Source: Ranitomeya imitator | Taxonomy: Eukaryota | DNA length: 64,000 nt | NCBI RefSeq assembly: GCF_032444005.1 | Contig: NC_091284.1 | Span: 195,052,001-195,116,000, forward strand | Direction: 5' to 3' | Program-made: the position numbers and the translations under genes | Notes under the pieces: generated by a model | Told to the model about the DNA's origin: nothing | The model's input: the letters and a program-made list of their open reading frames with translations, nothing else | The model's database searches: none | Part shown: positions 24,201-36,401 of the stretch, piece by piece | Layout of the letters: each line of letters starts with the position of its first letter | Position numbering within the stretch: the first letter of the stretch is position 1

Positions 24201-25735
24201 TATTGGGACATAGCCTCCGTTTCCGGGAGAGAGAGGGGATAGACACGTCCCCGAGGAGGTTCTGCTCCAGGCAAGAGATCTATAGGACAGTCATAGGGAC
24301 GGTGAGGCGGAAGGGTCTCCGCGGCTTTTTTGGAAAAGACGTCTGCATAAGACCAATAGTGTTTGGGGAGAGTAGAGAGATCTGCGGGTATCTCAGTGGT
24401 GGAAACCTGAACGCACTCTTTCACACATCTGCCCTTGCAGGATTCACTCCAACCCAATATCCTCCCAGAGGTCCACTCAATATGTGGGGAGTGGAAACGA
24501 AGCCAGGGCATTCCCAGCAGAATCTCATCCATTCCCTCGGGAAGGACAAGAAGGGAAATAGTCTCCTGGTGGGATGGGGACATGGCTAACGTGAAAGGGA
24601 CAGTCTGATGTGTGATCTGTAATGGAAGTGTCGACCCATTCACCACTCTCACGGTTACTGGTTTGGCTAGCATAGCCAGAGGTATTGCGTGGCGCTGAGC
24701 AAAAGCAGAAGACATAAAATTTCCCTCTGCTCCTGAGTCCACACAAAGCTCTACTGTAAGAGTGGATGTGCCTAACAGGATTGTCCCTTTAAAGGACAAT
24801 TTTGAGGAAAATGCCGCGGTGTCCAGTGAACCTCCTCCAATGGACACTAGACGCGATCGTTTTCCCGACCGCCGTGGACATTTATTAGCGAAATGTCCCG
24901 GTTGCTGGCAATTTTTACATAGCACAGGTACTCGAGCGGTCTGAGACCTAGATCCCGCTCGAGAAACCTCCATGGCCTCATGGGAGTCGGACGCCATAAC
25001 AGGAGATTCTAGAGGTTTGGCAAAGATGGGAGCCAGCCGAAACCTCTGCCTACACTGGGTCCGCTCCAACCTCCGCTCGTTAAAACGGAGATCGATGCGG
25101 GTAGCTATAGTAATAAGCTCCTCCAGTGTGGCGGGAATCTCCCTGGTGGCCAAGGCGTCCTTCACATGATCTGCCAGTCCTTTCCAGAACACCGGAATAA
25201 GGACTTTATCCGGCCATTCCAGCTCAGAAGCTAGAGTCCGGAATAGGATGGCAAACTGGCTGACCATGGACGAAGCCTGAGTAATTGCCAACAATTGGAG
25301 CGCGGTATCGTGGGTGACACGAGGTCCCAGAAAGACCTGCCTCAGAGCGTCCAGGAAGATAGGAGCACTCTGCACCACACGATCACCACGTTCCCAAAGC
25401 GGCGTTGCCCACTCCAACGCCCTGCCCGACAAGAGAGATATAATGAATCCCACTTTCGCCCGTTCCGTAGGAAAACGTGCAGCCAGCAGCTCGAGATGTA
25501 TGGAGCACTGGCTCACGAATCCCCGACATGGCTTACTGTCGCCAGCAAACTTGTCTGGAAGCGGGAGACGGGATAAGGTCGGAGCAGGGGTGGCAGCGGA
25601 CAAACTGGCTGCAGCTGCACTTGCAGCCTGAACAGCAACAGCAGTAACGTCCACAGCTGAGGTTGTGCGCTCAAGAGCCGCCAACCTACCCTCCAGCTGC
25701 TGGATGTACTGCTGTAGACGCTGACCGTCTGCCAT
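21263..25735 (-). CDS. Gag-Pol polyprotein, 1490 aa, intact (Gag, CCHC knuckle, PR, RT, RNase H, IN, chromodomain)
   Basis: [49 protein letters not shown], and chromodomain [34 protein letters not shown]. The last ~110 codons lie in the 3' LTR. Confidence 0.97.
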   Translation of the reverse strand: MADGQRLQQYIQQLEGRLAALERTTSAVDVTAVAVQAASAAAASLSAATPAPTLSRLPLPDKFAGDSKPCRGFVSQCSIHLELLAARFPTERAKVGFIISLLSGRALEWATPLWERGDRVVQSAPIFLDALRQVFLGPRVTHDTALQLLAITQASSMVSQFAILFRTLASELEWPDKVLIPVFWKGLADHVKDALATREIPATLEELITIATRIDLRFNERRLERTQCRQRFRLAPIFAKPLESPVMASDSHEAMEVSRAGSRSQTARVPVLCKNCQQPGHFANKCPRRSGKRSRLVSIGGGSLDTAAFSSKLSFKGTILLGTSTLTVELCVDSGAEGNFMSSAFAQRHAIPLAMLAKPVTVRVVNGSTLPLQITHQTVPFTLAMSPSHQETISLLVLPEGMDEILLGMPWLRFHSPHIEWTSGRILGWSESCKGRCVKECVQVSTTEIPADLSTLPKHYWSYADVFSKKAAETLPPHRPYDCPIDLLPGAEPPRGRVYPLSLPETEAMSQYIQENLARGFIRKSVSPAGAGFFFVQKKNGELRPCIDYRGLNAITVKNKYPLPLISELFDRLRGAKVFTKLDLRGAYNLIRIREGDEWKTAFNTRDGHYEYLVMPFGLCNAPAVFQDFVNDIFRDMLSTSVVVYLDDILIFSPDIDSHRRDVGRVFDLLRANSLYAKLEKCVFEQESLPFLGYIISAQGLAMDPAKLQAVMDWQEPHSLKAVQRFMGFINYYRQFIPHFSTLVAPLVALTKKGANPKVWSEEVSRAFSSTKSHFASAPILHRPDVDKPFIMEVDASSVGAGAVLFQKDAQGRKHPCFFFSKTFTPAERNYSIGDRELLAMKLAFSEWRHLLEGARFPFQVFTDHKNLLYLQTAQRLNSRQARWSLFFSRFHFTLHYVAGEKNIRADALSRSVVSSEEEEGEPRLIVPSESLRTVAPVSLESVPPGKTFVPINLRPEVLSWAHSSRVGGHFGTKRTSELLARTYWWPHMLRDVRDYVLACVSCAKNKSPRQRPSGLLYPLPVADRPWEMVGMDFVVGLPKSRGCTAIWVITDHFSKMVHLVPLPRLPSARALAALFIRHIFRLHGMPDKIVSDRGPQFASRFWRELCRLLSIELNLSSAYHPETNGLVERANQTLVTYLRHFVSARQDDWASLLPWAEFALNNAVADSTGQTPFLLNYGQHPRVPVPMPVSSADSRVADWAVEARDIWDRTQDAIRASKERMRSSADAHRRPAPAFAPGDLVWLSARNIRLRVESTKFAPRYLGPFKVLEQVNPVVYRLALPPRLGITDTFHVSLLKPVYMSRFSESSAGTSGSSTDDYEVNAILGCKVVRGKKFYLVDWKGYGPEDRSWEPAENIRAPQLIAAFERGEAQGGGGPRRGGNVRSRVSSAAQGESRSVSAAVSHSPPAAVESAQQGRRSQRLAQSDSVRRVIAASPASAFEAYSGQQRADFSGTKSLSAHTEHAQGKISRWRSRVMCSGSAAHSIGPFGRS

Positions 25736-25752
25736 TTACTAGCCAGACCCTG

Positions 25753-25763
25753 GCGCTAGTATT
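25753..25763 (-). promoter_or_regulatory. Self-priming PBS of element A
   Basis: Plus-strand gcgctagtatt is the reverse complement of LTR aatactagcgc (26328-26338), which starts 30 nt downstream of TATATAAA (26361-26368, minus strand). Confidence 0.85.
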
Positions 25764-26852
25764 ATGTTAGGACTGGCGGAACGCACCAAGACAGGTGACA
25801 AAGATGCGTTCGCAGTCCGGGGTCCACCGTGCAGGTGAGAACCTGCTGCTAGCAATTTGCAGACTATATAGCGGTACACTAAAGTAAACACGCGTGGGTT
25901 AAACCTCACCCAGCGTGAGGAAAGCGATCCTGTTAATTCACAGGACCGCAATACCGCACTAGAGTGCGAGCAAGTGGCCAGCGGACTTAACCCCAGAAGG
26001 GATTGAAGCCCGATTAGGCCCTTGCTGGCACAACACCGCAACTGGGTGTGTAGAGAACCTTCAGAAATATAAGCGCACAAGTGCGCGAGCGATGCCGCAC
26101 TAACGGACGCCACTAACCACCCAGACTTGGGTATGGAAAGCGCAAGGCATGCGCACGGCGCCGTACTGGCAGGCACAGCTACAGGACGCTGTGATGTGTG
26201 TTTAGTGTAGTAGGCTAAGTCGGGCGCTAGATAGCAGCCGTACACCTTCCGCGAACAGACATTCAATAGGGAAGGGGTAACCAAGAACGACTTGCACTCA
26301 CACATACACACATATCAATTGTAAGACAATACTAGCGCATGGCCGTGCGGTCATGCGCAGTTTATATAGCTGCAGCACAGGAAATGGCTATAGAACTTTT
26401 GCCCTTCTAGGACCTGCCAAAAGGACCAATGGAATGTGCCGCAGAGCCTGAGCACATGACCCTCGATCTCCAACGGGAGATCTTGCCCTGGGCATGCTCA
26501 GTGTGTGCAGATAAGGACTTAGTCCCAGAGAAGTCCGCTCGCTGCTGACCAGAATAGGCTTCAAAGGCAGAAGCTGGAGAAGCAGCAATAACTCTTCTCA
26601 CAGAGTCAGACTGAGCGAGACGCTGGGATCGACGTCCCTGCTGAGCAGACTCCACTGCGGCTGGAGGGGAATGGGAGACCGCAGCGGAGACGGATCGAGA
26701 TTCCCCCTGTGCAGCAGAGGAAACTCGACTCCTAACACCAGGTTTTTTAGAAGTGACTGAAAAGTCTGATTGGATGGGCACTCTCATTCAAAATTCCACA
26801 TCTTTTTTTACTGACCAAAAGACAAAGATTGAAATAATTATAACTGATTTAA

Positions 26853-28591
26853 CCCCTTAGTGACGGAGCCAATTTGCAGCTTAATGACCAGGTTAATTTT
26901 TACAATTCTGACCACTGTCAATTTATGATGCTATAACTCTGGAATGCTTTAATAAATCCCACTGTTACTGAGAAAGTTTTTTCTTGAAATATTGTACTTC
27001 ATGATAGTGGTAAAAATTTTTCGATATTACTTGCGTTTATTTATAAAAATGAAAATATGGGGAAAATTTTTAAAATGTTGCCATTTTCAAATTTTGAATT
27101 TTTATGCCCTTAAATCACAGAGATATGTTACACAAAATAGATAACAAATGACATTTCCCACATGTCTACATTACATCAGCACAATTATGGAAACAATGTT
27201 TTTTTTGTTAGGAAGTTTTAAGGGTTAAAAGTTGACCAGCGATTTCTCATTTTTACAACATAATTTACAAAACCATTTTATTAGGGACCATCTCACATTT
27301 GAAGTCACTTTGAGGGGTGTGCATGACAGAAAATACCCAAAAGTGACATCAGTCTAAAAACTACACCCCTCAGGGTGCTCAAAACCACATTCAAGAAGTT
27401 TATTAACCTTTTTGTGCTTCACAGAAACTGAATCAATATGGAAGGAAAAAATTAACATTTAACTTTTTTTATAAACATTTTACTTCAAAACCAATTTTTT
27501 TATTTTTACAAGGGAAAAAAGAGAAAATTAATCACAAAATTTGTTGAGCAATTTCTCCTGAATATGCCAATACCCCATATGTGGGGGTAAACCATTGTTT
27601 TGGCGCACTGCAGAGTTTGGAAGAGAGGAAGTTCCGTTTGACTTTTTCAATACAGAATTGGCTCGAATTGAGATCGGACGCCATGTCGCTTTTGGAGAGC
27701 CCCTGATGTGCCTAAACAGTAGAAACCCCGCACAAGTGACACCATTTTGGAAACTAGACCCCTTACGGAGCTTACCTAGTTGTGTGGTGAGAAATTTTAA
27801 TCCCCAGTTGCTTCACAGAAGTTTATAACGTATAGCCCTGAAAATAAAAAATCTTACTTTTTTCCACAAAAATTATGATTTCATCCCCCAATATTTATTT
27901 TCACAAGGGTAACAGGAGAAATTAGACCACAAAAGTTGTTGTGCAATTTGTCCTGATTATGATGATACCTCATATGCTAGGGCGCACGACAGAGCTCGGA
28001 AGGGAAGCAGCGCCATTTGACTTTTTCAAAGCGGAATTTGCGGGAATTGAGATCAGATGCCATGTCGCGTTTGGAGAGCCCCTGATGTGCCTTAAAAGTT
28101 GAAAACGCCAACAAGTGACAACATTTTGGAATCTAGACCTCTAAAGGAACTTTTCTAGATGTGTGGTGAGCACTTTGAACCCTCATTTGCTTCACAGAAG
28201 TTTATAACACAGAGCCGTGAAAATAAAAAATCATTTTTTTCCACAAAAATGATTTTTTAGCCCCAATTTTGTATCTTCACAAAAGTAACAGGAGAAATTG
28301 GATCCCAAACGTTGTTGTGCAATTTGTCCTGGGTATGCTGATACCCCATATGTGGGAGAAATCTACTCTTTGGGCACACGTCAGGGCTCGTAAGGGAAGT
28401 AGTGATGATTTGGAATGCAGATGGAATGGTCTGCCGGTGTAATGCTGTTTTTGCAGAGCCCCTCATGTGCCTAAACAGTTGAAACACCCCACAAGTGACC
28501 CCATTTTGGAAACTATATCCCCAAGGAGCTTATCTAAAGTTGTTGTCCAGTTTGTCCTGAGGTTGCTGATGCCCCATATGATTGGGAGCAC
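26853..28591. mobile_element. TTAA-targeting element copy 2 (reverse orientation), part left of Gypsy B
   Basis: TTAA at 26849-26852, then cccctt. Diverged reverse complement of the right end of 15680-19998, including ~390-bp units. Confidence 0.85.
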
Positions 28592-29369
28592 TGTTATGAC
28601 CTGGTGGTTAGGAACACCCGACCTGATAGTTAAACTCATACAGGACGAGCTCTGGGATGTGGGAGCTCTGCTGACCGCAAGCCCTAATCCTATCGCACAC
28701 ACTAGAAATAGCCGTGGAGCACTCCTGACGCTCCCTATGCGCCTCGTCACAGCCTAAGAGCTAGCTAGCCCTAGAGAAGAAAATAAAGCCTACCTTGCCT
28801 CAGAGAAATTCCCCAAAGGAATAGGCAGCCCCCCACATGTAATGACTGTGAGTAAAGATGAAAGTCACAAACGCAGAAATGAGATAGGTTTCAGCAAAGG
28901 GAGGCACGACTTACTAAATAGACAGAGGATAGGAAAGGAATCTTTGCGGTCAGCACAAAAACCTACAAAAGACCACGCAGAGTGTGCAAAAGGGTCCTCC
29001 GCACCGACTCACGGTGCGGGGGTGCCACCCTGCATCCCAGAGCTTCCAGCTAGCAAGACAAAATCAAGAAAACCAGCTGGACAAAGAAACAAGAACAATA
29101 ATAACAATCAGGAACTTAGCTTCTGCAGGAGAAGACAGGACACCAGACAGATCCAGGAGCGAACTGAACCAATGCTAAAATATTGACAGCTGGCATGGAG
29201 AAACGATCTGAGTGGAGTTAAATAGAGAAGCCAACCAAAGGATAAACCACGTCACCTGTGTAAGGAACCTCAGAAGCAGCAGCTCCACTCACAGCCACCA
29301 GAGGGAGCCCACGGACCGAACTCACCGAAGTACCATTCATGACCACAGGAGGGAGCTCGACAACAGAAT

Positions 29370-32300
29370 TCACAACAGTACCCCCCCTTGAGGAGGGGTC
29401 ACCGAACCCTCACCAGAGCCCCCAGGCCGATCAGGATGAGCCAAATGAAAGGCACGAACTAGATCGGCAGCATGAACATCAGAGGCAAAAACCCAGGAAT
29501 TATCCTCCTGACCATAACCCCTCCACTTGACCAGGTACTGGAGTTTCCGTCTCGAAACACGAGAACCCAAGATCTTTTCCACCACATACTCCAACTCCCC
29601 CTCAACCAACACCGGGGCAGGAGGATCAACGGAGGGAACCATAGGCGCCACGTATCTCCGCAACAACGACCTATGGAACACATTATGGATGGCAAAAGAA
29701 GCTGGGAGGTCCAAACGAAATGACACAGGATTAAGAATTTCAGAAATCTTATATGGCCCAATGAAACGAGGCTTAAACTTAGGAGAGGAAACCTTCATAG
29801 GAACATGACGAGATGACAACCAAACCAAATCCCCAACCCGAAGTCGGGGACCAACACAGCGCCGGCGGTTAGCGAAACGTTGAGCCTTCTCCTGGGACAA
29901 TGCCAAATTGTCCACCACATGAGTCCAAATCTGCCGCAACCTGTCCACCACAGTATCCACACCAGGACAGTCCGAAGGCTCAACCTGCCCTGAAGAGAAA
30001 CGAGGATGGAAACTAGAATTGCAGAAAAAAGGAGAAACCAAAGTAGCCGAGCTGGCCCGATTATTAAGGGCGAACTCAGCCAAAGGCAAAAAGGACACCC
30101 AATCATCCTGATCAGCAGAAACAAAGCATCTCAGATATGTCTCCAAAGTCTGATTAGTTCGTTCGGTTTGGCCATTAGTCTGAGGATGGAAAGCCGAAGA
30201 AAAAGACAAATCAATGCCCATCTTAGCACAAAAGGACCGCCAAAACCTTGAAACAAACTGGGAACCCCTGTCCGAGACGATGTTCTCCGGAATGTCATGC
30301 AAGCGAACCACATGCTGGAAAAACAATGGCACCAAGTCAGAGGAGGAAGGCAATTTAGACAAGGGTACCAAATGGACCATCTTAGAGAAGCGATCACAAA
30401 CCAACCAAATGACCGACATCCTTTGAGAAACAGGGAGATCAGAAATAAAATCCATGGAAATATGCGTCCAGGGCCTCTTCGGGACCGGCAAGGGCAAAAG
30501 CAACCCACTGGCACGAGAACAGCAGGGCTTAGCCCGAGCACAATTCCCACAGGACTGCACAAAAGAAAGCACATCCCGTGACAAAGAAGGCCACCAAAAG
30601 GATCTAGCCACCAAATCTCTGGTACCAAAGATTCCAGGATGACCAGCCAACACCGAACAATGAACCTCAGAGATAACTCTACTAGTCCATCTATCAGGGA
30701 CAAACAGTTTCTTCGCTGGACAACGGTCAGGTCTATCAGCCTGAAACTTCTGCAGCACACGCCGCAAATCAGGGGAGATGGCAGACAAAATTACCCCCTC
30801 TTTAAGAATACCCGCCGGCTCCGGAACACCCGGAGAGTCAGGCACAAAACTCCTTGACAGGGCATCAGCCTTCACATTCTTAGATCCCGGAAGGTATGAA
30901 ACCACAAAATCAAAACGGGAGAAAAAGAGCGACCATCGAGCCTGTCTAGGATTCAACCGTTTGGCAGACTCGAGATAAGTCAAATTCTTGTGATCCGTCA
31001 AGACCACCACGCGATGTTTAGCTCCTTCAAGCCAATGTCGCCACTCCTCGAATGCCCATTTCATGGCCAACAACTCTCGATTGCCAACATCATAATTGCG
31101 CTCAGCAGGTGAGAATTTTCTAGAAAAGAAGGCACATGGTTTCATCACCGAGCCATCAGAACTTCTTTGCGACAAAACAGCCCCTGCTCCAATCTCAGAA
31201 GCATCAACCTCGACCTGAAACGGAAGCGAAACATCTGGCTGGCACAGCACAGGGGCAGAAGAAAAACGATGCTTCAACTCCTGAAAAGCCTCTACAGCCG
31301 CAGAGGACCAATTGACCACATTAGCACCTTTCTTGGTCAAATCAGTCAATGGTTTAGCAACACTAGAAAAATTAGCGATGAAGCGACGGTAAAAATTAGC
31401 AAAGCCCAGGAACTTCTGTAGGCTCTTCACAGATGTCGGCTGAGTCCAATCATAAATGGCCTGGACCTTAACAGGGTCCATCTCGATAGTAGAAGGGGAA
31501 AAAATGAAACCCAAAAATGAAACCTTCTGAACTCCAAAGAGACACTTAGACCCCTTCACAAACAAGGAATTAGCACAAAGAACCTGGATCACCATTCTGA
31601 CCTGCTTCACATGAGACTCCCAATTATCCGAAAAGACCAAAATGTCATCCAAATATACAATCATGAATCTATCCAGGTACTCTCGGAAGATGTCATGCAT
31701 AAAGGACTGAAACACAGATGGAGCATTAGAAAGCCCAAATGGCATAACCAGGTACTCAAAATGGCCCTCGGGCGTATTAAATGCTGTTTTCCATTCATCG
31801 CCCTGTTTAATTCGCACCAGATTATACGCCCCTCGAAGATCTATCTTGGTGAACCAACTAGCCCCCTTAATTCGAGCAAACAGATCAGACATCAGCGGCA
31901 AAGGATACTGAAATTTGACTGTGATCTTATTAAGAAGGCGGTAATCAATACAAGGTCTTAAAGAGCCATCCTTCTTGGCCACAAAAAAGAACCCTGCTCC
32001 CAATGTTGACGACGACGGGCGAATATGACCCTTCTCCAAGGATTCCTTTATATAACTCCGCATAGCAGCGTGCTCTGGCACAGATAGATTAAACAGTCGG
32101 CCCTTAGGAAACTTACTACCGGGAATCAAATTAATAGCACAATCGCAGTCCCTATGAGGAGGTAGGGCATCGGATTTGGGCTCCTCAAATACATCCCGGT
32201 AATCTGATAAAAACTCAGGGACTTCAGAAGGAGTGGAAGGCGAAATTGACAACAATGGAACATCACCATGTACCCCCTGACAACCCCAGCTGGACACAGA

Positions 32301-33437
32301 CATAGATTTCCAATCAAACACTGGATTATGGACCTGTAGCCATGGCAACCCCAAAACGACCACATCATGCAGATTATGCAACACCAAAAAGCGAATATCC
32401 TCCTGATGTGCAGGAGCCATGCACATGGTCAATTGCGTCCAGTATTGAGGTTTATTCTTGGCCAAAGGCGTAGCATCAATTCCTCTCAATGGAATAGGAT
32501 GCTGCAAGGGCTCCAAGGAAAAACCACAGCGCCTGGCAAACTCCAAGTCCATCAAATTCAGGGCAGCGCCTGAATCCACAAATGCCATAACAGAATATGA
32601 TGACAGAGAGCAAATCAGAGTAACGGACAAAAGAAATTTTGACTGTACCGTACCAATGGTGGCAGACCTAGCGAACCGCTTAGTGCGCTTAGGACAATCG
32701 GAGATAGCATGAGTGGAGTCACCACAGTAAAAACACAGTCCATTCTGACGTCTGTGTTCTTGCCGTTCAGCTCTGGTCAAAGTTCTATCACACTGCATAG
32801 GCTCAGGCCTATTCTCAGAGAACACCGCCAAATGGTGCACAGCTTTGCGCTCACGCAAGCGCCGATCGATCTGAATGGCCAATGACATAGACTCATTCAG
32901 ACCAGCAGGCGTGGGAAATCCCACCATGGCATCCTTAAGGTCTTCAGAAAGACCCTTTCTGAAAATTGCCGCCAGGGCACATTCATTCCACTGAGTAAGC
33001 ACAGACCACTTTCTAAACTTCTGACAGTACACCTCCGCCTCATCCTGACCCTGACACAAAGCCAGCAAGATTTTCTCTGCCTGATCCACGGAATTTGGTT
33101 CATCATAAAGCAATCCTAGCACCAGAAAAAACGCATCAACATCACGCAATGCAGGATCTCCTGGCGCAAGGGAAAATGCCCAGTCTTGAGGGTCACCACG
33201 TAATAAAGAAATAATGATTTTTACTTGTTGAGCGGGGTCACCAGAGGAGCGTGGTTTCAAAGCTAGAAACAGTTTACAATTATTTTTGAAATTCAGAAAC
33301 TTAGATCTATTTCCAGAAAATAAATCAGGAGTAGGAATTCTAGGCTCTAACATCGGATTCTGAACCACAAAATCTTGAATGTTTTGTACCCTTGCAGTGA
33401 GATGATCCACACAAGAGGACAGACCTTGAATGTCCAT
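29370..33437 (-). CDS. Gag-Pol polyprotein with chromodomain, intact; ~1355 aa from the likely start MDIQGL
   Basis: CFYCGDSTHAISDC, VDSGA, YLDD, EVDAS, HCSVLAGH..CGNC, and YVVEKILGSRVSRRKLQYLVKWRGYG. The track ORF extends to 33551. Confidence 0.95.
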   Translation of the reverse strand: MDIQGLSSCVDHLTARVQNIQDFVVQNPMLEPRIPTPDLFSGNRSKFLNFKNNCKLFLALKPRSSGDPAQQVKIIISLLRGDPQDWAFSLAPGDPALRDVDAFFLVLGLLYDEPNSVDQAEKILLALCQGQDEAEVYCQKFRKWSVLTQWNECALAAIFRKGLSEDLKDAMVGFPTPAGLNESMSLAIQIDRRLRERKAVHHLAVFSENRPEPMQCDRTLTRAERQEHRRQNGLCFYCGDSTHAISDCPKRTKRFARSATIGTVQSKFLLSVTLICSLSSYSVMAFVDSGAALNLMDLEFARRCGFSLEPLQHPIPLRGIDATPLAKNKPQYWTQLTMCMAPAHQEDIRFLVLHNLHDVVVLGLPWLQVHNPVFDWKSMSVSSWGCQGVHGDVPLLSISPSTPSEVPEFLSDYRDVFEEPKSDALPPHRDCDCAINLIPGSKFPKGRLFNLSVPEHAAMRSYIKESLEKGHIRPSSSTLGAGFFFVAKKDGSLRPCIDYRLLNKITVKFQYPLPLMSDLFARIKGASWFTKIDLRGAYNLVRIKQGDEWKTAFNTPEGHFEYLVMPFGLSNAPSVFQSFMHDIFREYLDRFMIVYLDDILVFSDNWESHVKQVRMVIQVLCANSLFVKGSKCLFGVQKVSFLGFIFSPSTIEMDPVKVQAIYDWTQPTSVKSLQKFLGFANFYRRFIANFSSVAKPLTDLTKKGANVVNWSSAAVEAFQELKHRFSSAPVLCQPDVSLPFQVEVDASEIGAGAVLSQRSSDGSVMKPCAFFSRKFSPAERNYDVGNRELLAMKWAFEEWRHWLEGAKHRVVVLTDHKNLTYLESAKRLNPRQARWSLFFSRFDFVVSYLPGSKNVKADALSRSFVPDSPGVPEPAGILKEGVILSAISPDLRRVLQKFQADRPDRCPAKKLFVPDRWTSRVISEVHCSVLAGHPGIFGTRDLVARSFWWPSLSRDVLSFVQSCGNCARAKPCCSRASGLLLPLPVPKRPWTHISMDFISDLPVSQRMSVIWLVCDRFSKMVHLVPLSKLPSSSDLVPLFFQHVVRLHDIPENIVSDRGSQFVSRFWRSFCAKMGIDLSFSSAFHPQTNGQTERTNQTLETYLRCFVSADQDDWVSFLPLAEFALNNRASSATLVSPFFCNSSFHPRFSSGQVEPSDCPGVDTVVDRLRQIWTHVVDNLALSQEKAQRFANRRRCVGPRLRVGDLVWLSSRHVPMKVSSPKFKPRFIGPYKISEILNPVSFRLDLPASFAIHNVFHRSLLRRYVAPMVPSVDPPAPVLVEGELEYVVEKILGSRVSRRKLQYLVKWRGYGQEDNSWVFASDVHAADLVRAFHLAHPDRPGGSGEGSVTPPQGGVLL

Positions 33438-33562
33438 CTCTACACCTGTGTCCTGAACCACCCAAAGGTCTAGGGGAAAAGAAAGACAAAACACAATGCA
33501 AAGAAAAAAAAATGGTTTCAGAACTTCTCTTATCCCTCTATTGAGATGCATTAATACTTTGG

Positions 33563-33571
33563 GCCAGCTGT
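33563..33571 (-). promoter_or_regulatory. Self-priming PBS of element B
   Basis: Plus-strand gccagctgt is the reverse complement of LTR acagctggc (34130-34138), 30 nt downstream of TATTTAA (34162-34168, minus strand). Confidence 0.75.
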
Positions 33572-34321
33572 ACTGTTATGACCTGGTGGTTAGGAGCACC
33601 CGACCTGATAGTTAAACTCATACAGGACGAGCTCTGGGATGTGGGAGCTCTGCTGACCGCAAGTCCTAATCCTATCGCACACACTAGAAATAGCCGTGGA
33701 GCGCTCCTGACGCTCCCTATGCGCCTCGTCACAGCCTAAGAGCTAGCTAGCCCTAGAGAAGAAAATAAAGCCTACCTTGCCTCAGAGAAATTCCCCAAAG
33801 GAATAGGCAGCCCCCCACATGTAATGACTGTGAGTAAAGATGAAAGTCACAAACGCAGAAATGAGATAGACGATAGGAAAGGAATCTTTGCGGTCAGCAC
33901 AAAAACCTACAAAAGACCACGCAGAGTGTGCAAAAGGGTCCTCCGCACCGACTCACGGTGCGGGGGTGCCACCCTGCATTCCAGAGCTTCCAGCTAGCAA
34001 GACAAAATCAAGAAAACCAGCTGGACAAAGAAACAAGAACAATAATAACAATCAGGAACTTAGCTTCTGCAGGAGAAGACAGGACACCAGACAGATCCAG
34101 GAGCGAACTGAACCAATGCTAAAACATTGACAGCTGGCATGGAGAAACGATCTGAGTGGAGTTAAATAGAGAAGCCAACCAAAGGATAAACCACGTCACC
34201 TGTGTAAGGAACCTCAGAAGCAGCAGCTCCACTCACAGCCACCAGAGGGAGCCCACGGACCGAACTCACCGAAGTACCATTCATGACCACAGGAGGGAGC
34301 TCGACAACAGAATTCACAACA

Positions 34322-35590
34322 GAGCACGGCAGAGCTCAGAATGGATGGAGCACCATTTGACTTTTCAAAAGCAAAATTAGCAGGAATCAATGGTGGAGCC
34401 ATGTTGCGTTTGGAGACCTCCTGATGTACATAAACAGTGGAAACACCCCTAACCCTAATCCCAACCCTATCCATAATCCTTATCACAACCCTAACCCCAA
34501 CACAACCCTAACCCTAATCCCAATAATAATCATAACCCTAATCAAAACCCTAACCCCAACATACCCCTAACCCTAATCTCAACCCTATCCATAACCCTCA
34601 ATTAAAACCCTAACCCCAACACTACCCTAACCCTTATCCCAACCCTAATCATTACACTAACCACAAACCTAACCCTAATCCCAATTCTAATCCCAATACA
34701 TCCTTAACCCTAATCCCAACCCTAACCATAACCCTAATTCCAAACCTAACCCTAATCCCAAACCTAACCTTAATCGCAAACATACCCCTAATCCAAACCC
34801 TAACTCTAGCCCAACTCACTTTAGCCCATCTTTAACTCTAATTGGAAAATGGAAACAAATACATTTTCTTTATTTTATTATTTTTTCCTAACTAAGGGGG
34901 TGATAAAGGGGGGTTATTTATTTTTTTTTTATTTTGATCACTGTGATAGGGTTTATCATGGTGACCAAAATGAACAAATAGGAAAAATCTTCCTGATGTT
35001 GCCGGGTGCCGGCTGGCAGATCTTGGCTGGTGCACTGCGCATGTGCCCGCCATTTTCTCCAGGAAGAAGAAGCAGGAGGCACAGGAGACTTCAGGGGGCC
35101 ATGGAGGGACAACAGAGGTACCAGGGGATTGGGGACTCTATTTCTTTCTCCTCTGTTGTGCGATGGCACATCTGACTTTTTTTTGCAGACGCCGTTACAT
35201 GATTATTAACGGCGATCGTAAAACAGGGGTCAGTAAAAACTGACCCGAATTATGTTTTTTGGGGTCTCAGATATCCCTGGCAACTGAGACCCCGAGATCT
35301 GCTGGGTGACGGACGGCAGATTCGGCAGGTGCACTGCACATGCGCCTGCCATTTTCTTCCTGGGAGAAGATGGCGGCGCCCATGGAGGGAAGCACGAGGG
35401 CCAAAGAGCACCGAGTGGTACCGAGGAGGGATCGGAGACCCTATTTCTCTGTCCTCTGATGTCCGATTACATCTGAGGACAGAGAAATTAAATGGCAAAC
35501 CGCGCTATTTTTTGGTGTCGCCGGTAAATGGTTAATACCGGCAAGTGCATCCTGGGGGTCAGTAAAAACTGACCCGAATCATGTTCGCTC
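34322..35590. mobile_element. TTAA-targeting element copy 2, part right of Gypsy B (far end not found)
   Basis: Resumes the unit (gcacggcagagctc), followed by the CCCTAA array and the AT-rich taagggggtgataaaggggg block that mirrors ~17050-17120. Confidence 0.75.
34447..34830 (-). repeat. Degenerate telomere-like (CCCTAA)n array
   Basis: Repeated ccctaa / aaccctaatccc variants, more decayed than 17129-17545. Confidence 0.9.
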
Positions 35591-35699
35591 TTTTCCAAAG
35601 CAATTTTGTTCCTATGGAAGCCCCTTTGTTTTCCCATGCATTAAGGTACCCCTTTCATTTCCCAATAAACTATGATGTCAACAAAAGTGCCCATTCAAA

Positions 35700-36401
35700 C
35701 ACAGTATGATACCTCAACAGTAAATTTATCCACAGTACCTTCTACACACAGTATGATGACCTTTCAATATCTCCCTCAAAGTATGACACCCTGACTCTGT
35801 CCCCAACACAGTATGATGCCCCCGCAGTGACCACAACACAGTTTGATGGCCCCACAGTCTGTCACACACAGTGTAGTGGCCCTATCCACAATAGGATTGT
35901 CCAGATACAGTCCTCCCACACAGCATGAGGCCCCCACACCACTCCATACTGTATGATGGACCCCTAATTAACCTTCAAACAGTAAAATGGCCTGCCAAAT
36001 AACCATATAAACAGTACTACTGACCCCCACACAACGTTTCAAACAGTATACTGACCATCACACATGCCACCACACAGTTTAATGCCCTCTATATAGCCCC
36101 GCAAATAGTATAATGTCCCACATAGCTCTCCAAACAGTATTATAGCCCCACACAAAGGGCTCCAAGTGCAATGGCCCTACACAGCACTCCAAATAGTATA
36201 ATGGACCCCCACTTAGCCCTCCAAATAGTATAATGGTTCCCATATAACCATTAAAATAGTATAATGGCCCTAATATAGCCCTCCAAATGGTATCAATGCC
36301 CCCAAATAACCCTTCAAATGGTACAAAAGGCTCAACAAAGTCTTCCAAATAGTAAAATGGCTCCCATATAGACCTCCAAATAGTCTAATGACCATCCATA
36401 G
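35700..36401. repeat. Degenerate ~30-bp minisatellite, split by Gypsy C and resuming at 42524-~42760
   Basis: Repeated ccccacatagccctccaaatagtataatgg-like units on both sides of element C. Confidence 0.7.

Larger units (their letters stand above)
20621..26737 (-). mobile_element. Full-length chromoviral Gypsy (Tf1/sushi-type) element A, 6117 bp
   Basis: 973-bp LTRs at 20621-21593 and 25765-26737, with TG..CA ends and 1 difference spotted. TSD ccagg at 20616-20620 and 26738-26742. PPT at ~21594-21622. Confidence 0.98.
28592..34321 (-). mobile_element. Full-length chromoviral Gypsy element B, 5730 bp
   Basis: LTRs at 28592-29377 (786 bp) and 33574-34321 (748 bp; 38-bp deletion and at least 5 substitutions). 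Flanking duplication gagcac at 28586-28591 and 34322-34327. PPT at ~29378-29399. Confidence 0.97.
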
